Source of the DNA: Nemertoderma westbladi
Lineage: Eukaryota > Animalia > Xenacoelomorpha
Direction of reading: 5' to 3'
Length of the DNA stretch: 64,000 bases
NCBI GenBank assembly: GCA_032718475.1
Contig: JAUCBJ010008293.1
Span: forward strand, 1-64,000
Shown here piece by piece: positions 54,996-64,000 of the stretch. The notes under the pieces are model-generated. The model was given only the letters and a program-made list of their open reading frames with translations. It did no database searches and had not been told where the DNA came from. Made by a program: the position numbers and the translations under genes. Each line of letters starts with the position of its first letter. Within the stretch, counting starts at the first letter, position 1.

Positions 54996-56116
54996 TGACC
55001 ACTGCCCATTCCCAGCGAAAAAAAGAACATCAGAAAGGAATTTGGCCAATTCGCTATCATTAGGGAACTTTCGTATTTTCGACCATCTTCCCAAAACAGT
55101 CCGCCTCTGTAAACCTGCTCCTGGGTGTTGGCGTTTTCCGCCAACATTTTTAAATGGTGTGTATTCGATAATATATTTAAGGGCTATGCACTTGAAATTT
55201 ATTGACTTTTCCTAAAATTTACTGGCGAATCTCGTAGTGTCATTTATGTTTTTGTACGATTGTTAGTTTTTTTGCAAATGAGATTTTATCAAAGGGAAGT
55301 CAAGAATTTTATTCAAATTTACAAAAATAATTCTTGGTGCTGTCACTATTATTATTCCTAAATTCTGGTTGGACAATGTCTTACTTAGCCTTGGCATCCA
55401 ATCAAATACCAAACTATTCAACCAGTTTTACCAGCGAGACACATTATTTAATTGAATTAAATAATTACAAGTGAAGGTAAAGGTAACACAAAGCCTTTTG
55501 TTTACTTCATACTGGAATTGAGAAACCTGAAACACACAGCTGGATAGAAAACTGGGTAGATATCTGCAGACAAGTTTTCATCTAAGGATTTATTGAATTA
55601 AGTCACCAGGAGTCTAGAACTGCCTCCAGCAAAGCAAATTAGGTTGGCTTCCCAGGTTGTTGTTGTTGCAGACAAACTACAATACGAATTTAATTATCCA
55701 TTCCCCTGGACCCACATTGGCACATTTTGGTCCAAGTTACAATAGCCCTCTGGGATAGCGGCGCACATCAAAGCTAGCCAACAACTACCGTTATAAAATG
55801 TCAATCAAAATCAATCAAAATGGGAAGTACTCTGGTGTAATATGTGCGTCGAAAAGGGCGTTTTCTTGTTGGTTCTGCTAACTATTGTGCTGTGCACTGC
55901 TGCTACTTAGTCTTCCTTCCACCTGTGCCTTTATACTGTAATCTATAATGTTTTAAAGAAGTGATCTCTCTTTTTATTGGCTGATAAATGTAGTAGAAAA
56001 AACAAATATTAGGCACGAGACGAGAACACAAAACACGAATACAAACACAAAACAATTAACAAAACAATTAAAAACTATACTTTGTTAAACAAGTATTTAG
56101 TATTTGATGTATTTAA

Positions 56117-59100
56117 TCGGGTGTAATCTGTCGGGTGTCCCTGTCACAAGTTTGTCGGGTGTCCCTGTCACTGCCACCAATCTGTCGGGTGTCCCTGTCA
56201 CCGCCACCAATCTGTCGGGTGTCCCTGTCACCGGTCTGTCGGGTGTCCCTGTCATCGGTCTGTCGGGTGTCCCTGTCACCAGTTTTTCGTGTGTCCCTGT
56301 TACCGGTCTGTCGGGTGTCCTTCTCCCTGTCACCGCCACCAGTCTATCGGATGTCCCTGTCACCAGACTGTCGGGTGTCCCTGTCACCGGTCTGTCGGGT
56401 GTCCTTCTCCCTGTCACTGCTAGCAGTCGGTCGGATGTCCGTGTCACCAGTCTGTCGGATGTCCCTGTCACCGGTCTGTCAGGTGTCCCTGTCACCGCCA
56501 CAAGTCTGTCGGATGCCCCTGTCACCAGTCTGTCGGGTGGCAACCATTGCTGTAGCTGCAGCGCATCTGGGGGGCGTTGCACTAGGTGTGTATGCGCAAA
56601 GGAAGGGCGTCACTGCACTATTTGTGGTCCGCTGTTGGTGGGGAGATGTGAGAATTTCATTGGTCCCATTAACCCTAAACCCATTCCTGACCTTCCCCGG
56701 GTTTGTCCAGTAGTCCGTCAAAGGCCTTCTTCAATGTTGACAACAAGGTCACCAACGATATCTTGGTTCGGACAACCAATACCTGCCCCAGCTTTCTTAG
56801 ACACATTACATCGAGTGTACAATGTGATAGTCCATTGGCGATCGAATTTGTTTCTTCTTCCCCCAGGCGCGGCCGGTCGCGAGGTCGTTTCCGAGATGTC
56901 ACGGCTCCTCAACATGTTCAGTGGCGACTTCGGACTCGAGGATGCTGCTCTAACGGCGTTAATGATTCTCCCCGCCCTCCTCCTACAGAAACCATCCCGC
57001 TCATCGAACGCAGCGACCCACCGACGAGTTTTAGAACGTCGCATGAAATCTTGGAAACTCGGCCGGTTTGAAGAACTTCTCCAAGAGGCCAGCGCAATCC
57101 AAGCCCACCTCAAACGTGGTTCCTCCCGCGTGGCAACCATCCATAATAATGCAGCTGAGCGCGCTTTCTGCCGGCACATGCTGGTCGGCAATGTGAGTGC
57201 AGCCGTTCGTAGTCTAGACGAGCTGTCTAAGGGAGGGTTACTTAAACTTAGCCAGATAGTTACAGATAAGAACGGAGTCACTAAAACTGTGAAGGAGTTT
57301 CTGTTGGACAAACATCCCCCTGCAGAAACAGCAGACAATACGACATTGCTGGAGGGATTTGATCGGGCACCTGAGTTCCATGGAGTTATATTCGAGAAGA
57401 TTGACGCCCAGTTGGTTCTCACTAGCCTCCTTCATATTAACGGGAATGCTGCTGGCCCTTCCGGTCTCAACGTCCAGGGATGGAAGTACATTGCCACCCG
57501 ATTCCGGGGAGCCTCTTCTGAGCTATGTTCAAGCATCGCCATGGCAGCGAGAAAGGTTGCCCAAACACCAATTGACTCTGGTCGTCTCTCATCGTTACTC
57601 TCGGCTCGCCTGGTTGCTATAGATAAGTGCCCGGGCGTCAGGCCGATTGGCATAGGGGAGGTACTCCGACGCATTATTGGAAAGTCAATCATTGCGAGCG
57701 TCTCGGATGATCTACAGACTGTTGGTGGCTCAGTACAGTTATGTTGCGGGCAGAAAGCGGGGATTGAACACGCCGTACATAGTCTAAATGACGCGTTTGA
57801 CAGCGACGGGTGCGAGGCGGTTCTACAAGTGGACGCAAACAATGCGTTTAATTCATTAAACCGCAGCGCTGCGACACACAATATCGGCATCGTTTGTCCT
57901 TCCCTTAAGACTGCGGTTTCCAACTGCTACGCCCAGCCAACTAAACTGTTTATCGGGGGCGAGTTTATATACTCGTCCGAGGGTTTTACCCAGGGCGACC
58001 CTCTCGCCATGCCGAGCTACGCCGTTGGGACGATCCCGCTGTTAGATGAGCTGGAGGAAGCGTCCAGCGTGAACCAGAAGTGGTATGCGGACGACGGGAA
58101 TGCGGCCGGAACGCTGTCTGAGCTCCAGGAAATGGTGGGACGTAGTAGCTGCGCGGGGTCCTTTATACGGGTACTTTCCGACGAAATGTGTCCTCCTCGT
58201 AAAGCCAGAGTTTCTCGGAGAAGCAGAGTCCCTATTCCCGGAACCCTGCTTTACGATCGAGGTCCGTGGGTGCCGACTTCTCGGCGGCGCCGTCGGCACT
58301 GAAGAGTTCCGACAGGAGTTCGTCGACGCCAAGGTTACCGAGTTTATCCGACAGGTGGAGCGTCTCGAAGGAATCGCCGCCATTGACCCGCACTGCGTAT
58401 ACGCGGGCCTCGCGATTGGGTTGTCGGCGCGTTGGCGATACATATCGCGTGTTATTCCGCAGTCTACGGATCGGTTCGGAGATCTCGAGGCTGCCGTCGA
58501 GAAGTGTCTTGCGTCGTTAGCGGGGCAGCCTGCCATCACTCCTGCGGAACGGGAACTCTGTTCGCTCCCGGTGCGCCTTGGAGGTTTAGCGATCCCGCTT
58601 CCGTCCGACCTAGAGGAGCAATATAGTAATTCTAGATTGTTATGTGCGCCATTTAATAAGGGGGGTAACGTAAAAGAAAGAGCGGAACTGCAAAAAGAGG
58701 CTACTAACCTTATTAGGATCCGGGAAACCGCCAACCTGAAGAAGAAGGTCGAGGAGGTTCATTTAGGACTCAATCGGGACCAACAACACCTACGGGAGCT
58801 GACATCCGAGAAGGGCGCTTCGTCCTGGCTAAACTCTCGCCCGGTGACGATCCACAACACTCACCTAGGTAAGCAGGAGTTCCGCGACGCTCTATGCCTG
58901 CGCTATGGTTGGCAACCGAGACTTCTTCCGGCCCGGTGCGCCTGTGGGACACGATTTTCAGTAAATCACGCTATGTCGTGTCCTACAGGCGGCTATCCGT
59001 CTATTCGCCACAATGAAGTCCGCGATTTCTTCGCCACTACACTAACCGAAGTAGCGCATAACGTCGCGGTCGAACCTCATTTGCAGCCAGTCACCGGTGA

Positions 59101-59811
59101 GCAGTTCATCCGACATTCCACTTCCACCGACGACCAAGCCCGCCTCGATGTGTCCGTCTGCGGTTTCTGGGGTTCCAGGTATCAGAAGATATTCCTGGAT
59201 GTCTCCATCTTCAACCCCCTAGCCCCCACGAATGCTGCAATGCCTCTCGCCGACGCCCACCTCCATCACGAGGCCCGCAAGCGTAATCTTTACGACGAGC
59301 GGATTCGTGAAATTGAGTTGGCGACATTTACGCCGCTCATATTCTCGGCGTATGGTGGCTTCTCGCCAACCACGTCTCAGTTCGTGAAGCGACTCGGGAT
59401 ATTACTCTCCGAGAAGCGTGAGGCACCGTACTCCGAGTGTATTCGTTGGATCCGCCGTGAATTGAGTTTCGCACTCCTCCGCGCGGGTTTAATGTGTCTG
59501 CGGGGTGCGCGTTCTGCACGGAATCGACCGGTACGCTGCGAGACTCCGATACAGATGTCCAACTCGGACACCGACACGTCGCCGTACCCATGGGCGACTA
59601 AATCACCTATCTGCATGTCCAGGTTTTGAACTGCGTATCACGACTCTATTAGGCCCAATTTTAATAATATACTGGTATTTTTATGTAGGCCTATATTGTT
59701 ATTGTTTATACTTGTTACCTAGGCTACGTCAGCTGGTGGTGGGTCAATGTTTGTTTTTATATATTATATATATTGACTTTTGGTGCAATATCGTAAATAC
59801 CGGTAAAAAAA
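56117..59811 (+). mobile_element. CRE-clade non-LTR retrotransposon (RT + Zn finger + restriction-like endonuclease), one frameshift
   Basis: RLVAIDKCPGVRPIGIGEVLRR, TQGDPLAM, WYADD; C-terminal CACG..HAMSC, RHNEVRD, ARLDV..GFW..FLDV. +1 frameshift near 58126. Short poly(A) and 15-bp TSD ATTTGATGTATTTAA (56102-56116, 59812-59826). Confidence 0.92.
56127..56540 (+). repeat. In-frame 21-33 bp tandem repeats at the 5' end of the CRE element
   Basis: ctgtcgggtgtccctgtcacc units encoding LSGVPVT. Confidence 0.9.
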
Positions 59812-60910
59812 ATTTGATGTATTTAAAATGTTTTAAATTTAAATGATTTAAATTTATAATATTTTAAATCGTTTCCTAATAAACCATAATTCATGTAAAT
59901 GGCGCGGTTATAGTAAACAAGAAATGTATTAGTTAACAAGTTATTCGTAAACAAGAAATGTATTTATTTTCATGAGGTCCTAACCTGTATTAAAAGTACA
60001 TTATTAGTTCACAATTTATAATTAAACTATAAAAACGTGACATTAAAAGCGAATAAAATAAAACAACCAAAATAGAACCAAAGGGACAGCGGACCCCCGA
60101 GCAGTGCCAGTGAGCTTGGCATGAGCCTGAAAAGGCATTGGGCTTTGTTGATACAAGGCAAAGCGAGGGAGAAAGGGACAGGGACAGCCGACACCAGCGC
60201 TAAGCCGCTTGACTTGCTTGAGAACCAACCCCGAAAGGGATTGCGAGGGGCGAGCGGTACACAAGGGCAATTCGTATGAATTGCATAAAAACTGACTATA
60301 ATATAAAATATTTAATAGATTTGCAGTAAAAATATGTAGTTCATAATTAAATCGTTACAAAATTGAGATTTTAATATATATAATTTAATATATACTATAT
60401 ACTGTATATGCCCTAGGAGCATAGGCCTATACATTTTTGATTTGAACGAATTATGTTTTTGACAGACCAATATCAAGCAAGTAAAATTATTTGGAAACAG
60501 AGAAACAACATGTTCCTATCTGTTCAACCGTAAGTAGTCATCGTTTTATTTAAGCAGGGCCACAAAGCGCAACCCTGTTTAAATACTGTAAGGAAAATTA
60601 TCACATTGGTTACATTTAATATTTACGCTATATATATTATATACTATATATATGATATATATATATATATGTGTGTGCTGAGAGCATTATGCCCTCAGCT
60701 GCTAGGTCACGGGTTCGATCCCGGTATCTAGCTAAATGAACATTTCGATCTTATGTGGGCCTACAAAGCGAGGATATGGTTATGTGATTTCTGCTGAGGA
60801 GTTTTGGAAATGGGTTTGATGGATTGAGATTATTAATGTTGAACGTGTGTGTGAGTGCCCCCCCCCCCCCCCTTGTATAACTTGAAATTAATACTCCATA
60901 TCTCAAGAAC

Positions 60911-61012
60911 CTGTGGCCTAGTGGTTGTTGTCTCGGCCTCAACCTCGTGGTCCCAGGTTCGAATCCGACATCACGCTGAAGAGAACCAGTAAGGTCGAAA
61001 CGCGTACGTGGT
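60911..61012 (+). ncRNA. tRNA-like Pol III head fused to a minimal hammerhead ribozyme (SINE/retrozyme-like)
   Basis: A box TGGCCTAGTGG (60914-24), B box GGTTCGAATCC (60956-66), then atcacg-CTGAAGA-gaacc(agtaa)ggtc-GAAA-cgcgta-cgtggt. Confidence 0.75.
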
Positions 61013-61176
61013 TTGGAGAGATATGAGATATTAATTTCAAGAAAAATTACGCGATTTCTAAATTTGTACACTACCCGGTTAAAAAAGTACGCATGTGATG
61101 GGATTAGTCCTACAATTGCGCCAATAAAAGATAAGTTATTTTCGGTAAAATAAACTTATCAACGTACAACGTACAA

Positions 61177-61565
61177 GGCTGAGATATCTCCCTCGTGAGA
61201 TGACTCCCCAGTTATCTCAGCCTAGACTGAGAACACACCTCAGTCGTCTCAGCCTAGGCTGAGAACACGCCCCAGTTATCTCAGCCTAGGCTGAGAACAC
61301 TCCCCTTAGGCTGAGATGACTCCCCTTAGGTTGAGATGACTCCCCTAATTGAGTTATAATTCATATCCATACCTGTGGTATTTTCGTATATTGTAAAAAT
61401 AAACAGTAACCTATGTTATTGAGTTATTGAGTTATCGTTTATTGTTTTTGTTAGAAAGGCCCGCCACTGTAACCTGCACTTTCCGTTAATTAATAAATCT
61501 TTTTAAATCTATGGAGAAAACTGGAGAGTGTTCTCAGCCTAGGCTGAGAAGACTGGGGAGTCTTA
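61177..61565. repeat. MITE-like cluster of palindromic repeats TCTCAGCCTAGGCTGAGA
   Basis: Three spaced copies at 61215-61296 and an inverted-context copy at about 61532. Confidence 0.65.
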
Positions 61566-61755
61566 TTTGGCCTTATTTGGTAGTACAACTGTATTGCAAT
61601 ACAATACAGTATTACAGTATTTGAATTACTTTACATTATTTTATATGGTCCTAATAATTATTTGAATATTAATTTACTTTAAATTAATTAATCGTACTCT
61701 ATTATTTTATCGTCTCTAATATTAATATGCCTATTTATTGTTGTTGTAAGTTATA

Positions 61756-62650
61756 TTACAGTATATGTCGCAGTTTGTAAAATATATCTGTAGATTTTGT
61801 GATTTTTTTAAATGTGTAGTTTGCGTGAATTTTCCAATCTAGTTTAGAGTCGATCCATGCGCCAAGTATTTTTGAACATAAGTTGTGAGTGATTGGTTTA
61901 TTGTAGATTGTAATGTCAGCAGAGGTTGGTGGGATAGTTTTAGTAAACATTGTAAATTCAGTTTTTATGAAGTTCAGTAGTAGCTTGTTATCGTTTAACC
62001 AGTCAAATACTTTTGCTAACTCTGTATTTGTATTGATTATTAGCTGTTTATAGTTTCTATGTGAATTTAAAAGTGTTGTGTCGTCTGCAAATAGAGTGGA
62101 TAATAAAGAAGTTACTTTTGGTAATTCATTGATAAATAATTAGAATAGTAGGGAGAGAGAACGGAACCTTGTGTAACTCCGCATATTATAGGTAGTAGTA
62201 ACGATGTTATTTCACAGATAGAAACAGTCAAATTGGTAGCGATCTGACGGAAATTAATTGAAGTGGAAGATACCATAACATTTGAGTTTATTCAGTAATA
62301 TTTTATGATCTAAGGTATCAAAGGCCTTTTTCAGGTCTACGTAAACTGCACAAGCGTTATTGTTGGAGTCTAAAATTGTGTGGATTCTTTCAGCAATGGA
62401 GAGTAGTGCATGCGTGTTTGAAGTTTTTGGTCGGAAATCATATTGAGAAGTAGTAGAATTGAGTATTGAGTATATATAACTAAATATGTTTGTAGTTGTG
62501 ATTTGATAATGTGTTCTAGAATTTTGCTTAGTATAGGTAGTAGTGATATGGGTCGGTAGTTGTTGGGGTCAGATGGACTTTTGGGCTTATATACAGGAAT
62601 TGTTTTGGCTATTTTAAGGGAATTGGGGAAGAACCCGTATATTTGGAATG
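61756..62650 (-). mobile_element. Decayed CR1/L2-group LINE RT fragment
   Basis: [51 protein letters not shown]; frameshifted. Confidence 0.88.
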
Positions 62651-62821
62651 ATTGTTAATTTATACTTGTTACTCACTTACCCCACTTCATTCACATTGCT
62701 CATTGCATGGCTTCCTTACTTCTAGCTTGGTATCACCATGTGCTTCAGTTCCCATTCATCTAGTTATTACAACAACAGACCCCCACTCAACCTCTACTTC
62801 TGCTTCCTACTTACTGGTACC

Positions 62822-63190
62822 ATGGCATTTAACAGCCCTCTGAAACCCCCCAAACTGGTTCCACTCAGCAAATCAGAGATGATCGATTCCTTTGAAGTAT
62901 GGCGCAACAATCTAACTTATTCGCTTTTGCTCCAACCCCAGTTTGCACCATTTACAACCTTGGGTGCCACCTGGTTGCGCCATTTCCACACTGTACCATT
63001 CCGTGGTTTTGCCGATGAGCCAAACACCATTGCTCCAGCAGATCGCCATACCGCCCTTCAAAAGACTACAGCGCTGGAGCTTATGCTCGGCCACGTCGCC
63101 AATTACGCCGCCGTTATTGCGCGTAACTCGATCATTCAGGACTCCACTTCCTTGCTCTCCATATGACATGCCATCCGCCTGCATTATATA
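62822..63190 (+). mobile_element. Gypsy-like LTR retrotransposon gag N-terminal remnant
   Basis: SFEVWRNNLTYSLLLQPQFAPF...LELMLGHVANYAAVIARNSII..STSL resembles the gag start of invertebrate Gypsy elements; stop at 63166. Confidence 0.7.
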
Positions 63191-63239
63191 CCATTATAGC
63201 ATTATAGCGTGTTCAGTGACAGGGTTTTCATTTACATTC

Positions 63240-64000
63240 TTGCGGGATCCAACCTCAAGGAGTCGAGGGGCTGGGTCGTTGCAGATAATAGCAGGGGGAC
63301 GGCTGAGGGGGCACATGCCAAAGGCAAGAGTAGTTAAGACTTCGCGTAGGGTGTCACTCTGTTCATCCGAGAGTAAGACAACATTCGAGTAGAATGACAC
63401 AGTCTCCTGTAAAAGGAGAATACAACGGCGAATGACTGGCCAATGATGGAGGGTGGGTCGATGGCTGACTGGGGTACAGTACGCTTGGGGTTGTAGAGAG
63501 GGCGACACACTGGTGGCATTGGGCGGTAACCTCATCGAGAGCATGGTCGAGGTCCAGGGTGTAGAAATACCAGGAAAATGTGGTACGCATCTGGGACTTG
63601 TTAGGGTGTAGAAGCTCGATGTGTAATGAGGTGAGTAATCCAATAAGAGCGGAGCGGTGTATGATGATGACGTCAAGGGGGGATGTAAAGGGATGTACCA
63701 GTGGACTACAACAAAGTCAGAGGCAAGTAGAGAAGATACGCCCAGGTATCATTTGACATCCTTGCTGTGTGTATCGTGTTTGGAGGGCCGGGTACAGGAG
63801 GCGAGATTTTCGGTGATACGGATTAATTCGGAACACTCATGTTGTGTGGCGAGCCACGCGGGATGACTGGCATAGAGGGGGTGGGGATTGGGGCTATCGG
63901 AAGCAACAAAGCATTTCCATGGGGGGGGGGGGGGGGGAGTTTGGTAGTAATGCTTGCGTTGATGTGAGTTGGTAGGCAACAGGGTATGGGTGGTTGGGTG
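63240..64000 (-). mobile_element. Gypsy-like integrase remnant
   Basis: YFYTLDLDHALDEVTAQCHQCVAL (Zn finger), GQSFA, LQETVSFYS..DEQSDTLR, IICNDPAP; multiple frameshifts. Confidence 0.7.

Noticed and set aside
56097-58734. Minus-strand ORFs over the CRE element
   Set aside because: Antisense shadows of a GC-rich coding sequence.
61200-61350. CRISPR-like spaced palindromes
   Set aside because: Only three copies, spacers of about 15 bp that resemble each other, no cas genes, eukaryotic context.

Overview
AT-rich, repeat-dense eukaryotic (invertebrate animal-like) genomic DNA, not prokaryotic. Two host genes can be assembled with phase-consistent GT-AG junctions, both on the minus strand: a TTLL10-like tubulin glycylase (2 coding exons, about 459 aa) and LUC7L3 (4 exons, about 326 aa). 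A further orphan exon encodes a likely secreted precursor (1106-1714). Most long ORFs in the track are translations of minisatellites (26, 19, 21, 24, 57/64 and 21 bp units). Transposons include a young, nearly intact CRE-clade non-LTR element with a 15-bp TSD, three RTE copies, two Penelope-like remnants, CR1/L2-like and Gypsy remnants, tRNA-derived SINEs, and many nested non-autonomous DNA elements (MULE-like, hAT/P-like, Kolobok-like, Helentron-associated). The most notable signals are a tRNA-type Pol III promoter fused directly to a minimal hammerhead ribozyme (60911-61012), a possible poison 5' splice site in LUC7L3, a minisatellite grown from the LUC7L3 stop-codon region, and an inverted hammerhead pair around a Penelope GIY-YIG remnant. 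All family assignments come from motif recognition by eye; no searches were run.
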